From Nitrospinales bacterium (GTDB lineage: Bacteria > Nitrospinota > Nitrospinia > Nitrospinales > VA-1), in NCBI GenBank assembly GCA_965223795.1, contig CBDCXL010000002.1:512001-576000 (forward strand): 64,000 nucleotides of DNA. The letters run 5' to 3'. This document shows positions 53,988 to 64,000 of this stretch, piece by piece; within the stretch, counting starts at the first letter, position 1, and every line of letters begins with the position of its first letter. Below the pieces are notes generated by a model, which did not search any database, had not been told where the DNA came from, and saw only the letters and a list, made by a program, of their open reading frames with translations. A program made the translations under genes and the position numbers.

Positions 53988-54608
53988 ATGGGATCGAATA
54001 AATTCAGGCTTGCGGTTCTGGTTTCCGGGCGCGGGTCCAATCTGCAGGCAATCATCGATTCGATTGAAAACGAAGGGCTGCCCGCGCAGATCGCGCTGGT
54101 GCTGAGCAACGTGGAAGACGCTCACGCCCTCATTCGGGCCCAAAAGCACGGGATCGAGGCGGTCTATCTGGAACCGGGCAAATTCGCCGGCCGGGAAGCG
54201 TATGAAGAAGAAATGATCGGTTTGCTTCAGGCGCGCTCGGTCGATCTGGTGTGCCTTGCGGGCTTCATGCGGATTCTGGGAAAACGGTTCATCCAGGCGT
54301 TTCCGGAAAAGATCGTCAACATCCACCCCTCGCTGCTGCCGGCGTTTCAGGGACTGAACCCGCAGAAAAACGCCCTGGATTACGGCGTCAAGTTTTCCGG
54401 CTGCACGGTGCATTTCGTCGATGAGGGCGTGGACAGCGGGCCGATCATCCTGCAGACGGTGGTGCCGGTGTACGATTCGGACGACACCGACAGCCTTTCC
54501 GCGCGGATCCTGGAACAGGAGCACCTGCTCTATCCCAAGGCCATCCGCCTGATTCTGGAAAACCGGCTGCGCATTGCGGGCCGCAAAGTGCTGCAGACGA
54601 ACCCCTGA
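53988..54608 (+). CDS. purN: Phosphoribosylglycinamide formyltransferase
   Basis: SGRGSNLQA, NIHPSLLP, GCTVHFVD. Confidence 0.97.
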   Translation: MGSNKFRLAVLVSGRGSNLQAIIDSIENEGLPAQIALVLSNVEDAHALIRAQKHGIEAVYLEPGKFAGREAYEEEMIGLLQARSVDLVCLAGFMRILGKRFIQAFPEKIVNIHPSLLPAFQGLNPQKNALDYGVKFSGCTVHFVDEGVDSGPIILQTVVPVYDSDDTDSLSARILEQEHLLYPKAIRLILENRLRIAGRKVLQTNP

Positions 54609-54633
54609 ACTTTCAAGCTGAGGCGCAAACACT

Positions 54634-55287
54634 ATGACCCGACTCCTTTCGACACTTCTGCTCTTCGGTCTTCTGCAGACGGGCGCCGCATCGGCCGCCA
54701 GCGACGAGCAGGTCGCGCTGGACGCCATTCAGAAACGCTATGAGCAGGTCGAATCGTTCAAGGCGCGGTTCGTGCAGAAATCCTTCGTCAAGATGATGAA
54801 CCAGACGGTGGAAGCCCGCGGCGACGTGCAGATCAAAAAGCCGGGCAAGATGAAATGGGTGTACAACGCGCCGGACCCGCAGGTTCTGGTCAGCAACCAG
54901 AAGATCCTCTGGCTGTACGTGCCGGAGGACAAGCAGGTCACCAAGGTGCCGGTGAAAAGCATCTACTCGTCCAACACGCCGGCGCTGTTTCTCGCCGGCA
55001 AGGGCAAGCTGACCGAATCGTTCAATGTTTCCAAGGTTTCGCGCGGTGAGACCGTGACGCGGGTGCTGCTCGTCCCCAAGCAGCCGGACAACAGCGTGGA
55101 GCGGCTGGTGCTGTTCGCGGACAATAAAAACTACCAAATCGTCGGATCAAGCGTGTATGATAAATTGGGTAACAAGACGGAAATTCAGTTCAGCGACATC
55201 CACACCAATATGGACATTTCCGACGACCAGTTCCAGTTTACGGTTCCCAAAGGTGTGGAGCTTCTGGATTATTCGGAGAATCCCTAG
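54634..55287 (+). CDS. lolA: Outer-membrane lipoprotein carrier protein
   Basis: Signal peptide; ARFVQ, KKPGKMKWVY, FQFTVPKGV. Confidence 0.9.
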   Translation: MTRLLSTLLLFGLLQTGAASAASDEQVALDAIQKRYEQVESFKARFVQKSFVKMMNQTVEARGDVQIKKPGKMKWVYNAPDPQVLVSNQKILWLYVPEDKQVTKVPVKSIYSSNTPALFLAGKGKLTESFNVSKVSRGETVTRVLLVPKQPDNSVERLVLFADNKNYQIVGSSVYDKLGNKTEIQFSDIHTNMDISDDQFQFTVPKGVELLDYSENP

Positions 55288-55302
55288 TCCGATCCCTGCC
55301 TC

Positions 55303-56670
55303 ATGATGGAATTATCTTTCTTTTCCCTCGACGCGATTTCCACGTTCGGCACCAAGATGCTGGTGTTCCTCGCGGGACTGGCGGCTTTGATCTTTGTGCA
55401 CGAGCTGGGCCATTTTCTCGTCGCGCGCAAATGCGGCGTGGTGGTGGAAAAGTTTTCCCTCGGCTTCGGCCCCAAGATCCTCGGCTTTAAATCCGGCGAA
55501 ACCGAATACCTGATCTGCGCGATCCCGCTCGGCGGCTACGTGAAGATGAAGGGCGAGGACTACGAAACCAGCTCGCTGCATGAACCGGGATCGTTCGCGG
55601 CGGCGCCGGTGCTGCACCGGCTGGCCATCGCGTTCGCGGGCCCATTGTTCAACTTCCTGTTCGCCATCGCCATCTACTGGGTGGTGTACCTGGTCGGCGT
55701 GCAGACGCTGGGGCTGGTGACCGGCAGCGTCGAGCCCGATTCGCCCGCGCAGGCGGCGGGCATCCAGACGGGGGACAAGGTCGTCGCCATCGACGGCGAA
55801 CCGGTGCGCTTCTTCACCGAGCTGCAGAAAATCGTGCACAACTCTCCGGGCAAATCGCTTGATTTTCAGATCGAGCGCCACGGCGCGCTGCTAAACATCC
55901 CCATCACGCCGCTTGCGAAGGAGACCGTCAACATCTTCGGCGAGAAGGAAAAGCTGGGGCTGGTGGGCATCTCTCCTTTGGTGCGCAACATCACCTATGT
56001 GGAAAAAGGCTCGGTGGCGGAGCAGGCGGGCATTAAGGAAGGCGACATCCTGCTCAAGGTGGACGACACGCCGATCCGCGGCTGGAAGGACTTCAAGCCC
56101 GCGGTGGTGGACAAACCGGGACAGGAGCTCCAGTTTCACGTCCTGCGCGACCGGACCGAACTGGTGCTGCCGGTCACGCCCAAGCGGGAAACGGTGAAGG
56201 ATGAAAAGGGCCAGTCCGTCGAAATCGGCCGGGTCGGCGTCGGGCTTAGCGGCGAGATGGTGGAGGAAAAATACGGCGTGTTCGGCGCCTTCGTCCGCGG
56301 CGTCAAGGAAACCGGCCAGCTGATGTACCTGATCGCGGTGAGCATCAAGAAGCTGATCTTCGGTTCGATCCCGGCGGACACCATCGGCGGGCCGATCCTC
56401 ATCTTCCAGGTGTACGGCGATCAGGCGGAACAGGGCTTCAACCAGCTGATCCGGCTCACCGCGCTGTTGAGCATCAACCTGGGCCTTTTGAACCTGCTGC
56501 CGATCCCGGTGCTGGACGGCGGGCACATCCTATTTTTCCTCATCGAGCTCATCAAGGGCAAGCCGGTCAGCGAACGCAACCGCGAACGCGCTCAGCAGGT
56601 GGGCCTGTTCATGCTGCTCGGCCTCATGGTGTTCGCCTTCTACAACGACATCATGCGCATCATGAGTTGA
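55303..56670 (+). CDS. rseP: RIP metalloprotease with 2 PDZ domains
   Basis: HELGH, FSLGFG, NLLPIPVLDGG. Confidence 0.96.
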   Translation: MMELSFFSLDAISTFGTKMLVFLAGLAALIFVHELGHFLVARKCGVVVEKFSLGFGPKILGFKSGETEYLICAIPLGGYVKMKGEDYETSSLHEPGSFAAAPVLHRLAIAFAGPLFNFLFAIAIYWVVYLVGVQTLGLVTGSVEPDSPAQAAGIQTGDKVVAIDGEPVRFFTELQKIVHNSPGKSLDFQIERHGALLNIPITPLAKETVNIFGEKEKLGLVGISPLVRNITYVEKGSVAEQAGIKEGDILLKVDDTPIRGWKDFKPAVVDKPGQELQFHVLRDRTELVLPVTPKRETVKDEKGQSVEIGRVGVGLSGEMVEEKYGVFGAFVRGVKETGQLMYLIAVSIKKLIFGSIPADTIGGPILIFQVYGDQAEQGFNQLIRLTALLSINLGLLNLLPIPVLDGGHILFFLIELIKGKPVSERNRERAQQVGLFMLLGLMVFAFYNDIMRIMS

Positions 56671-56736
56671 CCTAAATCACCCCGCGGGACACGCAATCCC
56701 CGAAGCGGCGGAATCCCGGCGCACCCTTTCTGGCCT

Positions 56737-57027
56737 ATGATGGACCCGAACACACAACTTGCAGACCTCGAATCCGCGGCGGTCAAGCTCGGCATCGAAA
56801 TCCGCACCGGCGACCTCGCCGCATCGAGCGAGGAGTTTCCGGTGCGCAGCGGATACTGCAAGATCCACGGGCAAGGCACCATCCTGCTCGACAAACGATT
56901 GAAAGCCGAAGAAAAAATCGCCGTCATCCTCGATGCCCTGCGCACGCAGGACACCGAATCGGTGTATCTGGCCGCCTGGATCCGCGAACGGCTGGAACCC
57001 AAAACCCCCATCAACCCACACCCATGA
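56737..57027 (+). CDS. Hypothetical protein
   Basis: 96 aa; overlaps the next start (ATGA); SGYCKIHG motif. Confidence 0.65.
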   Translation: MMDPNTQLADLESAAVKLGIEIRTGDLAASSEEFPVRSGYCKIHGQGTILLDKRLKAEEKIAVILDALRTQDTESVYLAAWIRERLEPKTPINPHP

Positions 57028-58751
57028 CGCTCGCCAACAACATCCTGCCGGAACAACGCCGGGCGAAGCTCCGGACCCTGCTTCAAGAAGGCAGAACCGT
57101 GCGCGTTTTAGAAGCGCACAACGGGCTGAGCGGCATCATCGCCAACGACGCCCACATTGAAGGGACCACGGAAGACAAGCCCATCCGCCTGGAGTTCGAC
57201 GCCATCTGGGAGAGCAGCCTCACCGACTCCGCCGCCAAGGGGCACCCGGACATCGAGGTGGTGAGCTTCGATTCGCGCCTGCACACGATCCACGAGATCC
57301 TGGCGGTGACCCGCAAGCCGATGATCGTGGACGGCGACACCGGCGGCGACGCGAACATGTTCGAATACATGGTGACCAAGCTGGAACGGGCCGGGGTTTC
57401 CGCCACCATCATCGAGGACAAGGTGTTCCCCAAGCGCAACAGCCTGGAGGCCGGCGCGCAGCAGCTCCTGCAGGAACCGGGCGTGTTCGCGCAGAAGATC
57501 CGGCGCGGCAAATCGGTGCAGGCCTCGGACGACTTCATGATCATCGCCCGGCTGGAAAGCCTGATCGCCGGGAAGGGCCTGGAAGACGCGCTCATGCGGG
57601 CGCGCGTGTACCTGGAAGCGGGGGTGGACGGAATCATGATCCACTCCAAATCGAAAGAGCCGGACGAGATCCTGGAATTCGCCAGCCGTTACCGCACCCT
57701 GCTCGATGAAATGAAGCTCGACAGACCGCTGGTCTGCGTGCCGACGACCTACAACCGCATCACGGAAGAGGAACTGGGACGCGCGGGATTCAACATCGTC
57801 ATCCACGCCAACCACCTTCTGCGCAGCGCCTACAAGGCCATGCTGGAGACCTCGCGCAGCATCCTGCTCAACCAGCGCTCCTTCGAGGCGGACCCCGGCT
57901 GCGCACCGGTGCGGGAGATCTTCAAGACGGTGGGGTTTCTCGATGTCAAAGAAAAGGACCAGAAGGACGAGCACTTCACCAACACGCCGGTGATCATCCC
58001 CGCCGCCGGGGAAGACCCGGTCCTGAAACCGGTGCTCAACGGCAAGCCGAAGGCGATGATGGAGATCGCCGGTAAAACCCTGCTGGACCGGCAAATCCAC
58101 ACCTTGAACGCGGGCAACCTCAACGACATCACGGTGGTCGCGGGGTACGCCCACGAAAAGATGCGCGCCGAGGGAGCCGTCATCCTGGAAAACCCGGACT
58201 ACCAAAACGGGTCCATGCTGCACAGCCTGGTGGTGGCGAGAGAAAAGATGCACAACGGCTTCATCATGCTATACTCGGACATCCTGATGGACCAGCAGAT
58301 CATCGCCAACCTGCTCACCTGCCGCGAGGACATCGTGCTGGTGGCGGACAACTCGATCCAGTACCACCGGTTCGAGGACGACAACGTGCTGGATTTCATC
58401 ATCAGCAAGAACAAGCACAAAGCCAGCCGCAGGCACATGAGTTTCTGCTGGGACAACGTTGTGGCCAAGATCGGCACCAAGATCAACCCGGAAACGGCGA
58501 CGCACGAATTCATCGGGCTGGCCAAATTCACGAAAACCGGCGCGGAGCAGTTCATCCAGACCTATCAGGATTGCGTGGAAAACTACCGGGGGAAATTCCA
58601 GGAGGCGGAGGACATCGCCCAATTCACCTTCACCGACCTCATCCAGGAAATGATCGACCGGGGCTTCGTCATCAATTTTCTGGAGATCCATAAGGGCTGG
58701 CTGGAAATTCACCGCGAGGCGGACATCGCCCTGGCCAACCAGTTTCTGTAA
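57024..58751 (+). CDS. pepM: Phosphoenolpyruvate mutase fused to a C-terminal nucleotidyltransferase (LicC/PntC-like)
   Basis: EAHNGLS, DGDTG, diagnostic EDKxxxxxNS (EDKVFPKRNS); IIPAAG...KPKAM...WLEI. Confidence 0.9.
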   Translation: MTLANNILPEQRRAKLRTLLQEGRTVRVLEAHNGLSGIIANDAHIEGTTEDKPIRLEFDAIWESSLTDSAAKGHPDIEVVSFDSRLHTIHEILAVTRKPMIVDGDTGGDANMFEYMVTKLERAGVSATIIEDKVFPKRNSLEAGAQQLLQEPGVFAQKIRRGKSVQASDDFMIIARLESLIAGKGLEDALMRARVYLEAGVDGIMIHSKSKEPDEILEFASRYRTLLDEMKLDRPLVCVPTTYNRITEEELGRAGFNIVIHANHLLRSAYKAMLETSRSILLNQRSFEADPGCAPVREIFKTVGFLDVKEKDQKDEHFTNTPVIIPAAGEDPVLKPVLNGKPKAMMEIAGKTLLDRQIHTLNAGNLNDITVVAGYAHEKMRAEGAVILENPDYQNGSMLHSLVVAREKMHNGFIMLYSDILMDQQIIANLLTCREDIVLVADNSIQYHRFEDDNVLDFIISKNKHKASRRHMSFCWDNVVAKIGTKINPETATHEFIGLAKFTKTGAEQFIQTYQDCVENYRGKFQEAEDIAQFTFTDLIQEMIDRGFVINFLEIHKGWLEIHREADIALANQFL

Positions 58752-58827
58752 ATTTTCGATTCCAACATCGTGTCGATATTTTTTCCGCCATCCGGACGCA
58801 GCGTCCGGAAGGACGAGGTATGTGATC

Positions 58828-60558
58828 ATGCATTATTCGAAGCTGTTCATTCCCACGCTCAAGGAAAATCCCGCCGACGCGGAAGTGGTGAGCCACAAGC
58901 TCATGGTGCGGGCGGGGCTGATCCGCCAGGCGGCCTCGGGCATCTATTCGGTCCTGCCGCTGGGGCTTAGGGTGCTGCGCAAGGTGGAGCAGATCATCCG
59001 CGAGGAGATGAACGGCATCGGCGGCCAGGAGGTGTTTCTGCCCAGCGTGCAGCCGGCGGAACTGTGGCAGGAGAGCGGCCGCTGGGAGCTGTACGGCAAG
59101 GAGCTTTTGCGGCTCAAGGACCGGCACGACCGCGATTTCTGCTACGGCCCCACGCACGAGGAGGTGATCACCGACATCGTGCGCAAGGAAGTGAAATCCT
59201 ACCGGCAGCTGCCGGTGATCCTGTACCAGATCCAGACCAAATTCCGCGACGAGGTGCGGCCGCGTTTCGGCGTCATGCGCGGGCGCGAGTTCACCATGAA
59301 GGACGCGTACAGCTTCCACAGCGACGAAAAAAGCACGCAGACCACTTATTTCGACATGGCGCGCGCGTACTCGAACGTGTTTAAGCGCTGCGGGCTGGAG
59401 TTCAAGATGGTGGAGGCGGATTCGGGCACGATCGGCGGCAATTTCTCGCACGAGTTCGCGGTTCTGGCCGATTCGGGCGAGGACTCCATCGTCTACTGCG
59501 ACGCCTGCGAGTACGCCTCCAACCTGGAGCTGGCGCAGGCGCGCGCCCTGCCCGACCCGACCGACCCGCTCTCGATCGAGACAATGAACGAGGTGGAAAC
59601 GCCGGGCAAAACCACCGTGGATGAAGTGGCGGCGTTCCTCAAGGTGCAGCCGGACCGGATCGTCAAGACCATCCTGCTGGAATCGGACCAGGGGCTGGTG
59701 GCGGGACTGGTGCGCGGCGACCGGGAGCTCAACCCCGTCAAACTGAAAAACCTGATGGGGGCCGAGTGGCTGACTCCGGCGAGCGACAAAACCTTTCAGG
59801 CGCACCCGCACCTGCCCTGCGGCTACGTCGGGCCGGTGGGGCTTACCTGCAAGGTCTACGCGGACTGGGAGGTGGCCAACATGCACCCGTTCGTGACCGG
59901 GGCCAACAAAAAAGACCGGCACTTCACCGGGGTGACGCTGGGCCGCGACTTTCACATCGAAAAGTCCGGCGATATCCGAGGGGTGAAGGCGGGCGAGCCC
60001 TGCCCGCGCTGCGAAGGTGGAAAACTGCTGGTCAAGCGCGGCATCGAGGTGGGCCACATCTTCATCCTGGGCACCAAATACAGCCGCGCCATGAACGCCG
60101 TGTTCCTGGACGCCAATGGCAAGGAAAACCCCATGGTCATGGGATGTTACGGAATCGGCGTGGGGCGCACGGCGGCGGCCGCCATCGAGCAGAACCACGA
60201 CGCCAACGGCATCGTCTGGCCGCTTCCCATCGCCCCGTTCGCGGTGCATATCATCCCGACGAATTACTCTGTGGAGGCGATCCGCAAGGCCTGCGACAGC
60301 GCTTATTTATCTTTGTGGAACAACAATATAGAAACGCTTCTGGACGACCGCTCCGACCGGCTGGGGGTGAAGCTCAAGGACGCGGACCTGCTCGGCATTC
60401 CGCTGCAGGTCATCATCGGCCCGAAAAACCTGGAAGCCGGCAAGGTGGAAATTAAATCAAGAAAAACAAATACTTCCGAGCTACACCCGTTCCCGGAAGT
60501 GCTCGACACCCTCCCCGCTCTGCTCAAAAAATGGACTTCCCCTGAAAGTTCCACATAG
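58828..60558 (+). CDS. proS: Proline-tRNA ligase
   Basis: GPTHEE, FRDEVRPRFG, GIEVGHIF, MGCYGIG. Confidence 0.98.
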   Translation: MHYSKLFIPTLKENPADAEVVSHKLMVRAGLIRQAASGIYSVLPLGLRVLRKVEQIIREEMNGIGGQEVFLPSVQPAELWQESGRWELYGKELLRLKDRHDRDFCYGPTHEEVITDIVRKEVKSYRQLPVILYQIQTKFRDEVRPRFGVMRGREFTMKDAYSFHSDEKSTQTTYFDMARAYSNVFKRCGLEFKMVEADSGTIGGNFSHEFAVLADSGEDSIVYCDACEYASNLELAQARALPDPTDPLSIETMNEVETPGKTTVDEVAAFLKVQPDRIVKTILLESDQGLVAGLVRGDRELNPVKLKNLMGAEWLTPASDKTFQAHPHLPCGYVGPVGLTCKVYADWEVANMHPFVTGANKKDRHFTGVTLGRDFHIEKSGDIRGVKAGEPCPRCEGGKLLVKRGIEVGHIFILGTKYSRAMNAVFLDANGKENPMVMGCYGIGVGRTAAAAIEQNHDANGIVWPLPIAPFAVHIIPTNYSVEAIRKACDSAYLSLWNNNIETLLDDRSDRLGVKLKDADLLGIPLQVIIGPKNLEAGKVEIKSRKTNTSELHPFPEVLDTLPALLKKWTSPESST

Positions 60559-60570
60559 GGAAATTTTATG

Positions 60571-60659
60571 TTGCAACCCCACTGCCCTTTTAGTAGAATT
60601 CGATTAACAAAATCTAGCTCGTAAAGCGAATGCGGGTTGAAAGCCCGCATTTTTTTTTG
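60571..60659 (+). promoter_or_regulatory. rimP operon promoter and leader attenuator hairpin
   Basis: TTGCAA-17nt-TAGAAT (60571-60599); AATGCGGGTTGAAAGCCCGCATT followed by a T run. Confidence 0.75.
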
Positions 60660-60764
60660 AGAAATCGGAAAACCGAACAGAAAAAACCGAACAAACCTTG
60701 AAGCCGGAAGCGGGAAACTTGAACCAAACGATCGACTCTTTCCTTTCCCGCGGCCCCGTCGCCC

Positions 60765-61226
60765 ATGAACGCTTCCTCGATATCTCAATCGGTACTGGAG
60801 ATGATCGAACCCATCGTCCAGGAGGAAAAACTGGAACTGGTGGATGTCGAGTACAAAAAATCGGGAAGAGACTGGGTTCTTAGAATCTACATCGACAAGG
60901 AAACCGGCATCACACACGACGACTGCCAGAGAGTGAGCCGTCAGGTCGAGGACCGGATCGAAGTGGAGGGGCTGATCTCAGGACATTTCGTTCTGGAAGT
61001 CTCGTCTCCGGGTCTGGACCGGCCCCTGAAGAAGGAAAAGGATTTTTTGCGGTACAGGAACAAGCGCGTTCGCGTCAAAACGTTCGCTCCGATCGGCAAG
61101 CAGCGTAATTTTTCGGGAACCATCGAAGCGTTCGAAAACGGTGTCCTGTTTTTGCGGGACGAATCGCGAACGATCGAAATCGCTCACGACAACATCGCCC
61201 AGGCGAGACTGATCATCGATTTCTGA
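60765..61226 (+). CDS. rimP: Ribosome maturation factor RimP
   Basis: LRIYID, DDC, LEVSSPGLDRPL. Confidence 0.97.
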   Translation: MNASSISQSVLEMIEPIVQEEKLELVDVEYKKSGRDWVLRIYIDKETGITHDDCQRVSRQVEDRIEVEGLISGHFVLEVSSPGLDRPLKKEKDFLRYRNKRVRVKTFAPIGKQRNFSGTIEAFENGVLFLRDESRTIEIAHDNIAQARLIIDF

Positions 61227-61274
61227 TGTCCGTCCACCCTGCCGGGTGAAACCTCCGTCTTCCATAAAAAGGCC

Positions 61275-62882
<1,608 letters not shown>

Positions 62883-62947
62883 CGGTTCCGCGAAACAAAA
62901 AAGGATTTCTTTCAGCGGACATGAAAGCATAACGAAGGAGAGTTTAC

Positions 62948-64000
62948 TTGGCAAAGATTCGCATCAACAAACTGGCGCTTGAGCTGAACGTTCAAAACGA
63001 CCAGATCATCGAAGCGCTGCATGCGAAGGACATCCCCGTCAAGAACTACATGAGTTCGATCGACGAACCCACGTCCGAATACATACGGGAATTGTTCGCT
63101 CCGAAACCGACAGCCACGAAAAAGGTCAAGGCCAAGGCGAAAACGAAAGCCAAAGGAAAATCCGCTTCCGGCAAGCCCAAGGCGACCGTCACGACGGTTT
63201 CCAAAAAAACCGCGGCGGCGAAAACCATCGCCATCAAAAAAGTGATGGCCGCCAAGAAAGCGGAAGAAGCGAAGGCGGCGGAAGAAGCCGCGAAGAAGAA
63301 AAAGGAAGAGGAGGAGAAACAAGCCCAAAAAGCCGCCGAGGCGGCCAGGGCGAAAGCAGCGGCCAAACCCAAGCCGGTGAAAGTCAAGGCGAAGGCCAAA
63401 GCGCCTGCGAAAAAAGAAGACAAGGCCAAAGAAACGCAGGACTCCAAGGCGCATAAAAAGCTCGGGCTGAAAATCGTCAAGAAAGAGGAAAAGCCCAAAG
63501 AGGCGGAGAAAAAGGCCAAACCCGCCGCCAAGGCGGAACCGCCGAAACCAAAACCCAAAAAAGACAAAGCCGCGGCGGCGAAAGCCCCCGCTCCCAAAGA
63601 GGTCCAGGAGCCCGCCCATGCCGGGGCGTCGGCCGAAGAGGAAACCTTCGAAACCGTTCAGCTTCCGGCCAGCATCCATGTGCGGGAGTTGAGCGAAAAA
63701 ATGAAATGCTCGCCCAATGAGATCATCATGGACCTGATGTCGCTGGGCATCATGGCGACGATCAACCAGAGCCTCGATTTCGACGTGGCGAGCAAGGTGG
63801 CGGACAAGCGGGGTTTCGAAGTCGAGTCCGTCGCTCCGGAAGCGGAGCTGGATTTCGAGGAGGAAGAGCAGGACAACGAAGCGGACCGCACGCACCGTTC
63901 CCCCATCGTCACCATCATGGGACACGTCGACCACGGCAAGACTTCGCTTCTGGACGCCATCCGTGAAACCAATCTGACCAAGCAGGAAGAAGGCGGCATC
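62948..64000 (+). CDS. infB: Translation initiation factor IF-2, partial (runs off window end)
   Basis: AAGGAG RBS, TTG start, AKIRINKLA; Lys/Ala-rich linker; [18 protein letters not shown]. Confidence 0.96.
   Translation, partial: MAKIRINKLALELNVQNDQIIEALHAKDIPVKNYMSSIDEPTSEYIRELFAPKPTATKKVKAKAKTKAKGKSASGKPKATVTTVSKKTAAAKTIAIKKVMAAKKAEEAKAAEEAAKKKKEEEEKQAQKAAEAARAKAAAKPKPVKVKAKAKAPAKKEDKAKETQDSKAHKKLGLKIVKKEEKPKEAEKKAKPAAKAEPPKPKPKKDKAAAAKAPAPKEVQEPAHAGASAEEETFETVQLPASIHVRELSEKMKCSPNEIIMDLMSLGIMATINQSLDFDVASKVADKRGFEVESVAPEAELDFEEEEQDNEADRTHRSPIVTIMGHVDHGKTSLLDAIRETNLTKQEEGGI

Overview
GC-rich (roughly 60% by eye) chromosomal window from a diderm bacterium. Gene content suggests a Nitrospina/Nitrospinota-like organism, but this is inference only. 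The core backbone comprises sdhA-sdhB-CCG subunit, rhlB, ligA, two Do/DegP proteases, an hda-like gene, an oleC-like ligase, TatT/TatP, a ycfL-TPR-lpoB cluster, 5-oxoprolinase, rlpA, greA, trmB, purN, lolA, rseP, proS and rimP-nusA-infB (partial). The standout is a 12-kb co-oriented cluster (24307-36223) that looks like a complete trans-envelope electron conduit. It encodes two paralogous pentaheme cytochromes, a beta-barrel protein, a tetraheme c554-like cytochrome, a membrane-anchored decaheme cytochrome, a NOX/ferric-reductase-like di-heme membrane protein, and a cytoplasmic [2Fe-2S]-FAD/NAD(P)H reductase fused to two cNMP-binding domains and a 4x[4Fe-4S] domain. Other notable items are a response regulator-degenerate AAA+-LpxC fusion, a PEP mutase-nucleotidyltransferase fusion in a housekeeping operon, and an AT-rich RusA-like gene between 38-bp inverted repeats. 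An AT-rich islet also follows a duplicated 3' end of an alcohol dehydrogenase gene; it carries a frameshifted higB, an intact higA and tandem paralogous membrane proteins. No rRNA, tRNA, CRISPR array, transposase or integrase was seen.
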